DNA of 64,000 bases from Deltaproteobacteria bacterium (GTDB taxonomy: Bacteria > Desulfobacterota > Syntrophia > Syntrophales > JAAYKM01). Shown here piece by piece: positions 27,340-38,046 of the stretch. The stretch covers positions 9,371 through 73,370 of the forward strand of contig JAAYKM010000051.1 in NCBI GenBank assembly GCA_012522415.1, in the 5' to 3' direction. The notes under the pieces are model-generated. The model had not been told where the DNA came from and made no database searches. It saw only the letters and a program-made list of their open reading frames with translations. The translations under genes and the position numbers were made by a program. Numbering within the stretch: the first letter of the stretch is position 1; each line of letters begins with the position of its first letter.

Positions 27340-27960
27340 AATACACTCCGAACCGCAGTTCCGTTGCGGGGCATCGCATGGAAAGCTGATGTCAGGGGGT
27401 TGCATCACGGTCCAAGAGAACCGGTCCTATTTACACAAACATAGGTGGGATATCGTCGATCATTTCCCGTCCCTTTCCTTCCGATATCCCTGAAAGGGCT
27501 CCCATAGATTAAATAGATTAATCCGTAATTTTTCTAATACGTTAAAGCGGATTCCACTTTGTCCCCCCGTTGCCTTGTCCGGTATCGCCGCATATTCCGC
27601 AGCGCGGCGGCTTGTTGAAGTCAACGTCGGCGGCGAAGCATGTTTCCTGGCATGCAATTCCCTGCGTTGCGTCTATCGTTGAGCTTGGGTCAAAAGCTCG
27701 GATGACATGGGTATGGGAAATGTGGGGTGACTTTTGCCAAAAGCATCAAATGGTCGTTACTGCTACCAAATACATCGTCGTTTCGTCAAGCCAATTTGCC
27801 GCGGCAAGGAAACGACCTGCCATGAATCCGGTTTTCACAAAGCATGACGCCTGATCACCCTTCTCCCGATCATCCGATCCCCCACCGTTTCCGGAATTAA
27901 TCTTTCATCCGCAGCAGCAAGCCCTCCACATGGCCTTCTCGAAGGCTTTCCAAGGTTTTC

Positions 27961-29922
27961 TTAGGAGGCCCCGGCATTCGGCCCTTTGATTATGTCTTCC
28001 CGATTCCTTGCTTCCGACTCCCGCTTCTTCCCTTCCGCTCCTCTCTTCTTCAGCGTCACCAGAAGCGCCATGATCGCCGCCTGGGTCATTCCCGGGATAC
28101 GTTCCGCCTGACCAATCGTGGCGGGTTCAATTTTGGACAGTTTGCCCTTCAGCTCATTGGACAAGCCGGCGACTGAGGTATAGACCATCCCCGACGGGAT
28201 TTTGAACGCCTCCATTTCCTTCATCCTCTGCACCATGTCCTCCTGGCGCTTGATGTATCCCTCATACTTGGCTTCGATCTCGATCTGGCGCTTCACCTGA
28301 GGATCGGGAATCGCCTCCCAGTCCGGAAAAACCCGGAGGTCGTCATAGTGAATCTCCTTTCTACGCAGCAGCTGAAACTGGCTGAGGGGATTCCTGATCG
28401 GGGCGACACCCAGCCTTTCCAGATTCTTCGCCGTTGAGGCAGTCGGGAAGATTTTTCGTTCCGAAAGACGTTGGATACCCTCCCGGATCCGGGCAACACG
28501 CTCCTCCGTCTTTTCGAAATGCTCCCGGGAAATCAGGCCCAGCTCGAAACCCCGGCCCATGAGGCGGATCGTCGCGTTATCCTCCCGTAAAATCAGCCGG
28601 TACTCGGCCCGTGAGGTGAACATCCGGTAAGGTTCATCAATTCCCCGGACAATGAGATCGTCCACCATCACCCCCATGTATGCGTCCCCCCGGTCCAGGA
28701 TAAACGGCGGACGGCCCTGAACCGCCAGAGCCGCGTTTATACCCGCCCAGATCCCCTGGGCCGCCGCTTCCTCGTAACCGGATGTCCCGTTGATCTGCCC
28801 GGCCAAATAAAGGCCCCGGACCGATTTTGTTTCCAGCGTCTGTCTCAGCTGGGTAGGCTGAACGAAATCATATTCGATCGCGTAGGCGGGCCGCATGATC
28901 TCGGCCTCTTCGAGCCCCGGTACGGTGTGGACGATTTGTTTCTGCAACGCCAAAGGCAGGCTGTTTCCCAGCCCCTTGGCGTACATCTCTTCCGTGTCGA
29001 GTCCCTCATGCTCGAGCACGACGGGATGCCCCTCCTTGCCGGCAAAACGCATCACCTTGTCCTCCAGAGAAGGACAGTAGCGTGCACTGATACCCTGAAT
29101 CCGTCCCGAATATAGAGGGGAAAGCATTATGTTGGTCTGTATCAGTTCATGGGTCAGAGGCGTGGTCGAACTGAAATAGGAAGGGCGGCGCTCGGCCCCT
29201 ACATGTTCCGTCAAAAATGAAAAGGGCTCCGGATCGGGATCACTGTCCTGTCGTGTCATTCTGGAAAAGTCGATCGTCGAGGCCTTCAGGCGGGGCGGCG
29301 TGCCGGTCTTCAGGCGGCCTATGTCAAAGCCGAGGGCCTTGAAAGATTGGGCGAGACCGATAGCGGGAATCTCTCCGGCCCGGCCCGCGGGAAAGCTGGA
29401 CGTACCGACATGAACCAAACCGTTGAGAAAGGTTCCCGTCGTAACGACGACGGTTCTGGCTCCGTAGAAAAATCCTGTCTCGTCGCAGACCCCGATAACC
29501 CTGCCGCCTTCAACAATCAGGCGTTCAATGAGCCCCTGCCGGACATGCAACCGTTCCTGTCGCTCGAGAACGAGCTTCATGGCCAGCCGATAACGCTGCT
29601 TGTCGCATTGGACCCGCGTGGATTGTACGGCGGGACCTTTCGAGGCATTGAGACGGCGGAAATGGTTGGCCGTCAAATCGGCGATCTTCCCCATCTCGCC
29701 GCCCAGGGCGTCGATCTCCTTGACGAGCTGCCCCTTTGCCAACCCGCCAATAGCCGGATTGCATGGCATGAGCGCCATGGCGTCCAGAGAGATGTTGAAA
29801 ACGAGCACGTCGCATCCCATCCGGGCCGCCGCCAAAGCGGCTTCACAGCCTGCGTGACCCGCCCCGACGACAATCACATCATAATCGAGAACGCTCATTA
29901 TCCCCCATGGATCTCCTTGCAC
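27961..29922 (-). CDS. mnmG: tRNA uridine 5-carboxymethylaminomethyl modification enzyme MnmG (GidA)
   Basis: [30 protein letters not shown] and [16 protein letters not shown]. An alternative start is the Met at 29898. Confidence 0.95.
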   Translation of the reverse strand: MQGDPWGIMSVLDYDVIVVGAGHAGCEAALAAARMGCDVLVFNISLDAMALMPCNPAIGGLAKGQLVKEIDALGGEMGKIADLTANHFRRLNASKGPAVQSTRVQCDKQRYRLAMKLVLERQERLHVRQGLIERLIVEGGRVIGVCDETGFFYGARTVVVTTGTFLNGLVHVGTSSFPAGRAGEIPAIGLAQSFKALGFDIGRLKTGTPPRLKASTIDFSRMTRQDSDPDPEPFSFLTEHVGAERRPSYFSSTTPLTHELIQTNIMLSPLYSGRIQGISARYCPSLEDKVMRFAGKEGHPVVLEHEGLDTEEMYAKGLGNSLPLALQKQIVHTVPGLEEAEIMRPAYAIEYDFVQPTQLRQTLETKSVRGLYLAGQINGTSGYEEAAAQGIWAGINAALAVQGRPPFILDRGDAYMGVMVDDLIVRGIDEPYRMFTSRAEYRLILREDNATIRLMGRGFELGLISREHFEKTEERVARIREGIQRLSERKIFPTASTAKNLERLGVAPIRNPLSQFQLLRRKEIHYDDLRVFPDWEAIPDPQVKRQIEIEAKYEGYIKRQEDMVQRMKEMEAFKIPSGMVYTSVAGLSNELKGKLSKIEPATIGQAERIPGMTQAAIMALLVTLKKRGAEGKKRESEARNREDIIKGPNAGAS

Positions 29923-29948
29923 TCATGGCGGGTATCTTATAGGATCCC

Positions 29949-30930
29949 CGTGAAAAAAGACAATCAGAAAGAGGAGCCATTGGAAAAACCGGATTTTTGG
30001 CACAATACAAAGCGTTATTACGATCTCAAGAGCTATTTCCTCAACACCTTCGGTTGTAAAGTCTACAAGCTCCAGATTGACGCCGGATTCACATGCCCGA
30101 ACCGGGACGGCCGGGTGGCCTATGGCGGTTGTACTTACTGCGACGGCCGCGGATCAAAACTTCGTCAAGGGGGGCCCCTCCCCTCCGTGTCTCGGCAAAT
30201 CGAAATCGGCAAGGCGCACTACATGAAAATCCGGGGCGCCCGAAAATTCATTGCTTATTTTCAAACCTTCACCAACACCTACGCGCCGGTCGATCATCTT
30301 CGGACAATTTACAACGAAGCCCTGTCCAGGGAAGACATCCTCGGTCTTTCCATCGGCACCCGACCGGATTGCGTTCCAGACGCCGTTGTCGATTTGTTGG
30401 AAACGTACGGGAAGCACCATCATATCTGGGTGGAATACGGTCTTCAGTCCATCCATGACCGGACGCTTCGGGCACTGAACCGCGGCCATACGGCGGCGCA
30501 ATTCCTGGATGCCGTACACCGAACGGCAGAACGGGGAATTCATATCTGCGCCCACATCATCGTGGGACTTCCCGGAGAAAGTCATGGTGATATGATGGAA
30601 ACGGCGCGGACGCTCGCAAAACTCCCTGTTCAGGGAATCAAGATCCATTCCCTCCTCGCCCTGAAAGGAACGCCTCTGGGGCATGAATTTGAGCGTGGAC
30701 GTCTGTCTTTACTGTCCAGGGAAACGTATATCGAAACCGTTTGCGATATGCTTGAAATTCTCCCGTCCAACATCGTCATCCACCGTCTGACCGCTGACGG
30801 CTACCGGGACATCCTTCTCGGTCCTTCCTGGGCTGTGAACAAGATGGATGTCCTGAACGGGATCAATCATGAGATGAATCGCCGCAGAACGTATCAAGGA
30901 TTCCGGTCATATGGAACCGAAACGGAATAA
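29949..30930 (+). CDS. TIGR01212-family radical SAM protein (YhcC-like)
   Basis: Only the C-terminal ~327 aa of the 527-aa track ORF are credible: FGCKVYKLQIDAGFTCPNRDGRVAYGGCTYCD. The GTG at 29949 lies just past the divergent mnmG start. The upstream part is antisense to mnmG. Confidence 0.8.
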
Positions 30931-31076
30931 TTTTCCGGAGTTAAGATTTTCCCATTGACAACAGCCCGTGACCATGCTAGCTGGGGTAGCCAAACGGGTG
31001 ATATCCTAGGGTATAATGTCGGTTTACCAGGGTAAGCTTGGCAGTTTCACAAAATACCTTTCGAGAGGTACAGGCC

Positions 31077-31685
31077 ATGAACATTCGCCACCGCTTTCTG
31101 TCCGTTCTCAGTATAATCGCGCTCTTCGTTTTTTTCGGCGGTATGACCGCGACGGCCGAAGAAAACAGCGTATCCCCCCCTGTCAAGAATCGGTTGTTTG
31201 CCGAATCCGCCCTGATCACGGGATTTGGAAGCGGAACCATCAATGAGGGCCATTACCAAACCGTACTGCTGATCTGGCACCTGGGGATCAACATGGATCG
31301 TGTTTTCCCGTCATTGAAATCTCACAAGGGGAACCTCACCTTTTACATTGAACCGCAGATCAACCCGGTCGTCGAGCCGGAATCGGATTTCGAATTCGGT
31401 ATCGGCCTGGGATTTCAGTACCGGTATCCGGTTACGGAAAAGCTGTCGGCCTATCTTCTGGGCAGTGTCGGCCCCCACTATATTTCGGTTGTCACGGACA
31501 AGCAGGAAAACGGTTTCATTTTTTCCGAAATGGTGGGCGGGGGTATATACTACAACCTCAGCAAGCGGTCGGCGATCAACGTGGGCTATCGATTCCGCCA
31601 TATGTCCAACGCGGATATCGATAAACCCAACGCGGGCATTGAATCACATTTCGGCGTTATCGGTTATTCGGTTTTCTTCGATTAG
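31077..31685 (+). CDS. Acyloxyacyl hydrolase / lipid A 3-O-deacylase (PagL)-like outer-membrane protein
   Basis: Signal peptide MNIRHRFLSVLSIIALFVFFGGMTATA, beta-barrel alternation, and the catalytic-type motif YRFRHMSNA. ATG at 31077 with GAGAGG upstream. Confidence 0.7.
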   Translation: MNIRHRFLSVLSIIALFVFFGGMTATAEENSVSPPVKNRLFAESALITGFGSGTINEGHYQTVLLIWHLGINMDRVFPSLKSHKGNLTFYIEPQINPVVEPESDFEFGIGLGFQYRYPVTEKLSAYLLGSVGPHYISVVTDKQENGFIFSEMVGGGIYYNLSKRSAINVGYRFRHMSNADIDKPNAGIESHFGVIGYSVFFD

Positions 31686-31708
31686 AAAAGAGGCGGTACA
31701 GGGTGGTC

Positions 31709-31882
31709 ATGAACCGGGAATTGCTGGCATTGCTTGTTTGCCCTCAATGCAAGGGAAAGGTTTCCCTTACCGAAAACGGCGATGGACTGGTCTGTGAGGC
31801 TTGCCGCCTGCTCTATGCGATCCGTGACGGCATTCCGGTCATGCTCATCGGAGAAGCCGAAAAGTATGGGCCGGACCCCTGA
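31709..31882 (+). CDS. Trm112/YcaR (UPF0434) family zinc-ribbon protein
   Basis: My own translation gives MNRELLALLVCPQCKGKVSLTENGDGLVCEACRLLYAIRDGIPVMLIGEAEKYGPDP (57 aa). It has the classic CPxC...CxxC...Y.I.dGIPvmL pattern and is below the ORF-track cutoff. Confidence 0.85.
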   Translation: MNRELLALLVCPQCKGKVSLTENGDGLVCEACRLLYAIRDGIPVMLIGEAEKYGPDP

Positions 31883-32015
31883 TTTCTGAAGGGATGATTT
31901 CTTGTCTCACCCGGGGGCTCCCCCGGTCATTTCCCGGGCATCCCCACTCCGATTACACGTCTTCCGGCCTCCCTTCCAGAGACCGAAAAACCGTTTTTCT
32001 TCTCTTCCGTTCACA

Positions 32016-33173
32016 TTATTCCCAGTCATTGAGAAGATCAAGAATCCGCTCCTGCTCTTGCGCCGTGAGACCGGGGTGCAGGGGGATGCTGAAAATCCGG
32101 GAAGCATAGTCGTCACTGACGGGGAAATCCCCCTCGCGGTATTGCAGGTCGGCAAAATCATCGTGCAGATACAGGGGCCTGTCGTAGTAGATACCCGTCG
32201 TAAACCCTGCTCTTTCCAGCTTTTTGAGCATGACGGACCTTTCCTCGTCCGACTCGGTGAGGAGCGAATAGCGCGACCAAACGGGAAGCACATTCCTCGG
32301 AACATACGGTGTTACAAGTAGAGGATTGTCGTCCAGATATTTCGTATAAAGGCGTGCCAGCTCACGACGCAGACGGATTTCCTCCGGCAGGGCATCAAAG
32401 CGCGTGAGGATCGACAACGCCTGGGGGGCCGCCATATGGTTTACACGCCCGACCGTGGCATGCGGCATCCCAGTCTCCTTCGGCAATCGCATCCATTCGG
32501 CCAGGTGCTCTTGATCCGTCAGGCACAGCCCGCCCGTTTCCGGCAGCGTCCCGTCCAAGAAGGAAACAAAAGCCATATCGGAAAGAGAACCGGCATACCG
32601 GCCCTTGTATTGGGCGCCAAAAGCCTCGGAAGCGTCCTCGATCACGAAGAGGCCGTGCTCTCCGGCGGTGGCATTAATCGCGTCATAGTCGGCGGGAAGC
32701 CCGAAAAGATCGGGGGAGATGATGCCCTTCAGCTCAAGTCTGCCGCCCGCAGCCTCAGTCGGCAGGGGATAAATGGAGGCGTCTTTTTTGATTAACGCGT
32801 CGATGGCTTGCGCCAATTGTTCCGGGTCGAGGTTGAAGGTCGCTGGATCGATATCGACGAATATCGGCGTCGCGCCCAGGAGACGGATAGCGGACACGGC
32901 GGTGGTACCATGAAACGGTGTCGTGAATATGGCGTCCCTCGGCCCCACACCACGGCTCACAAGAGCCAGGGTCAGGGCATCGGCGCCGGAAGCACAGGCA
33001 ACGGCATGTTTCACGCCGCAATACTGAGCAAACCTGGTTTCCAGTTCCCTTACTTCGGGTCCGCCTTGAAGCGGATCATGGCCAGATGCCTCAACAAACG
33101 TTTTGTTTCCCCCTTTGCTCTGTTCCATATCGACTCCCCTCATAAAAATGTATCTGCACGTTTGTGTTGCCAA
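32016..33173 (-). CDS. DegT/DnrJ/EryC1/StrS-family aminotransferase homologue, apparently lacking the PLP lysine
   Basis: GVKHAVACASGADALTLAL and FVIEDASEAFGAQYKG are typical of the family. The expected FSFxxxK segment reads VSFLDGTLPETGG with no Lys. The start is uncertain (Met at 33173, 33143 or 33128). Confidence 0.75.
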   Translation of the reverse strand: MATQTCRYIFMRGVDMEQSKGGNKTFVEASGHDPLQGGPEVRELETRFAQYCGVKHAVACASGADALTLALVSRGVGPRDAIFTTPFHGTTAVSAIRLLGATPIFVDIDPATFNLDPEQLAQAIDALIKKDASIYPLPTEAAGGRLELKGIISPDLFGLPADYDAINATAGEHGLFVIEDASEAFGAQYKGRYAGSLSDMAFVSFLDGTLPETGGLCLTDQEHLAEWMRLPKETGMPHATVGRVNHMAAPQALSILTRFDALPEEIRLRRELARLYTKYLDDNPLLVTPYVPRNVLPVWSRYSLLTESDEERSVMLKKLERAGFTTGIYYDRPLYLHDDFADLQYREGDFPVSDDYASRIFSIPLHPGLTAQEQERILDLLNDWE

Positions 33174-33219
33174 AACATATCCATGCCCCTTCAGCAGAAG
33201 AGGCGGCCAAGAAAATAAG

Positions 33220-34068
33220 CTAAGGGATTTTGGAAGCCGCGTCGAAGGTATTGCGGAGCAACATGGCGATGGTCATGGGACCGACACCACCGGGTACGGG
33301 CGTGATGAACGAGCTGTGGTCCGACACTTCTTCAAAGGCCACATCCCCGACCAGACGACCGTCATCGAGACGGTTGATGCCCACATCGACGACCACCGCC
33401 CCCTGCCGAACCATGTCTCCCCGGATCATCCCCGCCTTTCCGGCGGCGGCAATCAGGATTTCCGCCCGGCGGGTCACATCCGCAAGATTATTTGTTTTCG
33501 TGTGACAGGCGGTCACTGTGGCATGGCGGGCCAACAGCATCAGAAACAGGGGCTTTCCAACGATGTTGCTCCGTCCGACGATCACGGCCTCTTTTCCCTC
33601 GATCGCTATTCCGGAGTGGTCCAGAAGGGATACAATGCCTTTGGGCGTACAGGCCATGTGGCAGGGTTGGCCGATCAGTAAACGCCCGATATTGACCGGA
33701 TGAAACCCGTCCACATCCTTTGCCGGATCAATCGCCTCGATGACCCGGGCTGGATTGATTTGAACCGGCAGGGGGAGTTGGACCAGAATGCCGTGTATGA
33801 CGGTATCACGGTTTAAGTCTCCAACCAGGGACAAAAGGGTGCCTTCATCTGTATCCGCGGGAAGGACGTATTCCCTGGAATAAAAACCCACCTCACGACA
33901 GGCCTTTTCTTTCCGCCTCACGTATATTTTCGACGCCGGGTCGTCCCCAACCAGGATGACCGCCAGGCCCGGAACGATGCCCGTGTCCTGTTTCAGTCGC
34001 TCCGTCTTCATCCTGATCTCGCCGCGTATTTCCCCGGAGATTTTGTTGCCGTCAATGATGTTCGCCAT
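33220..34068 (-). CDS. folD: Bifunctional methylenetetrahydrofolate dehydrogenase / methenyl-THF cyclohydrolase
   Basis: 282 aa with PGLAVILVGDDPASKIYVRRK, GILVQLPLP, VVGRSNIVGKP and TPVPGGVGPMT. Confidence 0.95.
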   Translation of the reverse strand: MANIIDGNKISGEIRGEIRMKTERLKQDTGIVPGLAVILVGDDPASKIYVRRKEKACREVGFYSREYVLPADTDEGTLLSLVGDLNRDTVIHGILVQLPLPVQINPARVIEAIDPAKDVDGFHPVNIGRLLIGQPCHMACTPKGIVSLLDHSGIAIEGKEAVIVGRSNIVGKPLFLMLLARHATVTACHTKTNNLADVTRRAEILIAAAGKAGMIRGDMVRQGAVVVDVGINRLDDGRLVGDVAFEEVSDHSSFITPVPGGVGPMTIAMLLRNTFDAASKIP

Positions 34069-34241
34069 GGAAACCCTCCCTGTCCTGTAAACGCTCCGCC
34101 ATCTCCGAACGCGATGGACCCGTATCGCCGGACCTCGATGGCTTATAACGGAAAAGGGCTAACCAGGCAAGAAAAAAGAGAAACGGCCGAGGGTGCCGCA
34201 AAGGGAATCCCATTTTATTTATTGGTAAATATTCGCGTCTT

Positions 34242-35738
34242 GTGCTAAGAGGTGCCCAAATGAAAAAGAGGTTCGGCATTATGGATTTGGGAAGCATGCT
34301 CGAGGCGAGCAGAGAACGGTTCGGTTCAAATATCACAATGATCTACGAAGGAAAGGCGTATTCCTACGAGGATCTCGATCGGGCCGTCAACGCCTTGGCC
34401 AACCATTTCCTCGCTTCCCGTATCGTCAAGGGCGACAAGGTGGCCCTGCTGCTCCCCAATTGCCCGGAATTTGTGATTGCCTACTTCGCCGCCGTGAAAA
34501 TCGGGGCCGTCGCCGTGACCCTGAACGTCATGTCCACATCCCACGAACTGCTTCATCTTCTGAATGATTGTGAGGCGAAATGTTTGATCACGGAAGATAT
34601 CCTCGCGGGAAAGTATGAAGCCATTTGCGACCAGCTCCCCTTGAATCCGGAATTGATAACCACGAAGGGGCCGGAAAGGACCTGTCTTTTCTGGGACCTG
34701 GTCAAAAGAGGCAACCCGTCCCTCGACAGAACGGAAATGGACCCGGATGATCCGGCTGTCATAATTTACACGGCGGGTTTGACGGGAGAGCCTCTTGGGG
34801 CGGTTCTCACGCACAGGAACCTCCTCAGCCAGTCAACCCTGGTCCGTGATTTATACCAGTCAACGGAAAGAGATCGCAGTCTGGCCGTGATCCCCCTCTT
34901 CCATTCCTTTGGCGCCGCCGTGAATATGCTGGCGGCTCTCCGTGTCGGCGCCGGTATCGTACTGATGGATCGTTTCAGCGTCGAGGCGATCCTCAAGAGC
35001 ATCGAACAGGATAAAGTAACCTATATCGCCGCCGTACCACGTCTCTTCCTGGCCTTGGCCATGAGTCCGGATGTCGGCAATTACGACACCCGTTCTCTCA
35101 GTTTCTGCATTACCGGGGGCTCTGCCATGCCGCCTGAATATATTCCCATGTTCGAGCAGAAATTTCCGGTTATCCTGCGAGAAGGTTACGGCCTGACGGA
35201 AGCTTCTCCCGTCTGCGCCTGCCACCGGAGAGGCGAAGCCCACAAACCCGGATCGATCGGCGTAGCCATTCCGGGAGCGGAGATCAAAATCGTCGACGAG
35301 AATGGCCGGGAAGTCTCCCGCAACTCGGAAGGCGAACTCATCGTCAGGGGCGACAATGTCATGAAGGGCTATTACGGGGATGAAGCCGCCACCGCGCAGG
35401 TGATCAAAAACGGGTGGCTCCATACGGGGGATTTGGCCAAAATGGACGAAGACGGGTTCATTTTTCTCACAGGCCGAAAGAAACGCATGATCATCACCAG
35501 CGGTTACAACGTCTATCCCCGGGAGGTGGAGAGGGTGTTGGAAATGCACCCCGCCGTCACGAAGGCAAGAGTTGTCGCCAAGCAGGACCTGATGCGGGGT
35601 GAAGTCGTTAAGGCGCTGGTTGTCAAGGACCCCGATGCCGGCGGCGACGAAAAAAGCATCATGAGGCATTGCCGGTCTTATCTCTCCTCCTACAAACTCC
35701 CCCGGGAACTGGAATTTGTCGAGGAACTTGCGGACTGA
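34242..35738 (+). CDS. AMP-forming acyl-CoA synthetase (class I adenylate-forming enzyme)
   Basis: IIYTAGLTGEPLGAVLTHRN, EGYGLTEASP, GWLHTGDLAKMDEDGFIFLTGRKK and SSYKLPR. The start may be an internal Met (34260 or 34281). The substrate cannot be assigned. Confidence 0.85.
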   Translation: MLRGAQMKKRFGIMDLGSMLEASRERFGSNITMIYEGKAYSYEDLDRAVNALANHFLASRIVKGDKVALLLPNCPEFVIAYFAAVKIGAVAVTLNVMSTSHELLHLLNDCEAKCLITEDILAGKYEAICDQLPLNPELITTKGPERTCLFWDLVKRGNPSLDRTEMDPDDPAVIIYTAGLTGEPLGAVLTHRNLLSQSTLVRDLYQSTERDRSLAVIPLFHSFGAAVNMLAALRVGAGIVLMDRFSVEAILKSIEQDKVTYIAAVPRLFLALAMSPDVGNYDTRSLSFCITGGSAMPPEYIPMFEQKFPVILREGYGLTEASPVCACHRRGEAHKPGSIGVAIPGAEIKIVDENGREVSRNSEGELIVRGDNVMKGYYGDEAATAQVIKNGWLHTGDLAKMDEDGFIFLTGRKKRMIITSGYNVYPREVERVLEMHPAVTKARVVAKQDLMRGEVVKALVVKDPDAGGDEKSIMRHCRSYLSSYKLPRELEFVEELAD

Positions 35739-35825
35739 CGGCCGCGATCATGGATTCAGGCTGATCGTGCCGGCAAGCCGCGTTCGAATGATTGCATAAA
35801 ATCGATTTTTGAAAGGAGAAGTTAC

Positions 35826-37112
35826 ATGAAAGAAGTGGTCATTGTAAGTGGAGCAAGGACAGCCGTTGGCAGCTTCGGCGGTTCGCTGAAAGGGGTGCGC
35901 ACCGTTGATCTGGGCGCCCTGGTCATCAAGGAAGCAATCAAAAGGGCCGGACTGCGACCCGCCGTGAACGAGCTTATCGATTCCTGCCGCCCCGATGTTT
36001 TCGCCGGTATGGAGATGACGGATATCAACAAGAAGTATTACGATTACGAATCATCGCTGAATCCCGTATACTTCGATGAATGCAGCATGGGCAATGTCAT
36101 CCAGGGGGGGCAAGGGCAAAACACGGCCCGCCAGGCATCCATTTACGCCGGCCTTCCCGAGGAAACAAACGCCATGACCGTAAACAAGATCTGCGCATCC
36201 GGTTTGAAAGCGATTACCGTCGCCGCTCAGGCTATCATGTCAGGCACTGCGGATATTATGGTTGCGGGGGGCATGGAAAACATGAGCAACGTCCCCTACC
36301 TTGTCCCCAATGCCCGCTGGGGATACCGGATGAACATGCCCTTCGGTCAAATTGTGGACATGATGGTTTATGACGGCCTGTATGAAATCTTCAACGGTTA
36401 TCACATGGGAATGACGGCAGAAAATATCGCGAACAAGTACGGCCTTTCCCGTCAGGAACAGGATGAAATGGCCCTTCTCAGCCACCAGCGGGCCCGCGCC
36501 GCCATCGCCTCCGGAGCCGTCAGCGATGAAATCGTCCCCGTCGTTATTCCTTCCAAGAAGGGTGACACAATTTTCGAGGTCGACGAGAGACCCATGGAGA
36601 CAAGCCTGGAAAAGATGGCAAAACTCGCCCCCGCTTTCATCAAAACCGGCACGGTTACGGCAGGCAATGCCTCCGGCATCAATGACGCGGCGGCCGCGCT
36701 TGTCGTCATGAGTGCTGAAAAGGCAAAAGAATTGGGGCTGAAGCCTCTGGCTAAAATCAAGGGTTTCGCCGCCGGCGGCGTCGATCCCGCCTATATGGGC
36801 CTCGGTCCGATTCCGGCTACCCGTAAGGTTTTCAAACAGCTCGGCCTTACCATGAAAGACATGGATATCATCGAACTGAACGAAGCCTTTGCCTGCCAGG
36901 CCATTGCCTGTATCCGAGAACTGGATGTGGACATGGACAAGTGCAACTTGAACGGCAGTGGGATCTCCATAGGCCACCCAATCGGATGCACCGGCGCCAG
37001 GATCACCTACAGCCTGGCCATGCAGATGCAGAAGAAAAACGCCGCCCTGGGTCTCGCCACGCTTTGCATCGGCGGTGGTCAGGGTATGGCAATCGTCTTG
37101 GAAAAGGTTTAA
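35826..37112 (+). CDS. Acetyl-CoA C-acetyltransferase (thiolase II) with a ~34-aa insertion
   Basis: [25 protein letters not shown] (Cys nucleophile), [12 protein letters not shown] and [10 protein letters not shown]. Confidence 0.9.
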   Translation: MKEVVIVSGARTAVGSFGGSLKGVRTVDLGALVIKEAIKRAGLRPAVNELIDSCRPDVFAGMEMTDINKKYYDYESSLNPVYFDECSMGNVIQGGQGQNTARQASIYAGLPEETNAMTVNKICASGLKAITVAAQAIMSGTADIMVAGGMENMSNVPYLVPNARWGYRMNMPFGQIVDMMVYDGLYEIFNGYHMGMTAENIANKYGLSRQEQDEMALLSHQRARAAIASGAVSDEIVPVVIPSKKGDTIFEVDERPMETSLEKMAKLAPAFIKTGTVTAGNASGINDAAAALVVMSAEKAKELGLKPLAKIKGFAAGGVDPAYMGLGPIPATRKVFKQLGLTMKDMDIIELNEAFACQAIACIRELDVDMDKCNLNGSGISIGHPIGCTGARITYSLAMQMQKKNAALGLATLCIGGGQGMAIVLEKV

Positions 37113-37246
37113 TGATACGCAAACCCCTGTTATTCCGGCGCTGAGCCGGAATCCAGCCACATGAAATCACGGTTGACATGCGTCTTGCGTCCCTTCCGGG
37201 ACGTAAGACGTCTTTAACCTCTAACGAAAAAACAAGGAGTCTTCCT

Positions 37247-38029
37247 ATGGAATTCAAGAATCTCTTATTCACCCTCGAAGAGGGGGTTGCCACAATCGCC
37301 TTCAACCGGCCGAAGGCCATGAATGCCATGAACGGTGAAACCATGGGGGAACTTTACGATGCCGTTCTGACGTGCAAAAAGGACGACGCCGTCAAGGCCC
37401 TGATTCTGACCGGGGCAGGAGAAAAAGCCTTCGTCGCCGGCGCGGACATTGCCCAGATGCAGAATATGAAGCCGGCCGAAATCCTCTCCTTCATGGAACT
37501 GGGACACGAAACCCTGCGTTTGATCGAAACCATGCCCAAACCATCCATTGCCGCCGTCAACGGCTATGCCCTGGGCGGGGGAACGGAAATCACCATGGCC
37601 TGTGACATACGTTTCGCCTCCGAAAAAGCCGTATTCGGTCAGCCCGAAATCCTGCTGGGTATCATCCCCGGATGGGGTGGCACCCAACGGCTGCCGAGAC
37701 TGATCGGCGTGGGCCGGGCCAAGGAACTCATCCTGAGTGGCGAGCAGATCAACGCCCAGCGGGCATTCGAGATCGGCCTGGTGAACCGCCTATATCCACC
37801 GGAATTGCTGGTCGATGAAACAAAAAAATTCGCAAGAAAACTGGCGGGCTTATCGGGTTTTGCCGTGAAAATGGCCAAACACGCCATCAATTATGGCTAC
37901 GACATCTCCGTGGACAGCGCAAACCGTCTTGAAATGCAGTGCATCTCCCAGTGTTTCAGCACGGACGACCAGAAGGAAGGGATGACCGCTTTCCTGGAAA
38001 AGAGGAAGCCGGTCTTTACCGGCCGATAG
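37247..38029 (+). CDS. Enoyl-CoA hydratase (crotonase family)
   Basis: 260 aa from the ATG at 37247 (AAGGAG upstream). AFNRPKAMNAMN, LTGAGEKAFVAGADI and ALGGGTEITMACDIRFASEKAVFGQPE. Confidence 0.9.
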   Translation: MEFKNLLFTLEEGVATIAFNRPKAMNAMNGETMGELYDAVLTCKKDDAVKALILTGAGEKAFVAGADIAQMQNMKPAEILSFMELGHETLRLIETMPKPSIAAVNGYALGGGTEITMACDIRFASEKAVFGQPEILLGIIPGWGGTQRLPRLIGVGRAKELILSGEQINAQRAFEIGLVNRLYPPELLVDETKKFARKLAGLSGFAVKMAKHAINYGYDISVDSANRLEMQCISQCFSTDDQKEGMTAFLEKRKPVFTGR

Positions 38030-38046
38030 TAGGGGAGCAAGGGAAT

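Noticed and set aside
27545-27760. A Cys-rich minus-strand reading frame (…ACQETCFAADVDFNKPPRCGICGDTGQGNGGTKWNPL*) resembling a small zinc ribbon in the DUF1538 leader.
   Set aside because: I traced the frame upstream to the preceding stop and found no ATG, GTG or TTG start codon and no SD. It is probably non-coding, but the region is flagged in the leader finding.
29347-29948. The N-terminal 200 aa of the 527-aa ORF 29347-30930.
   Set aside because: This part is antisense to mnmG and has no radical-SAM homology. The credible gene starts at the GTG at 29949, just beyond the mnmG start.
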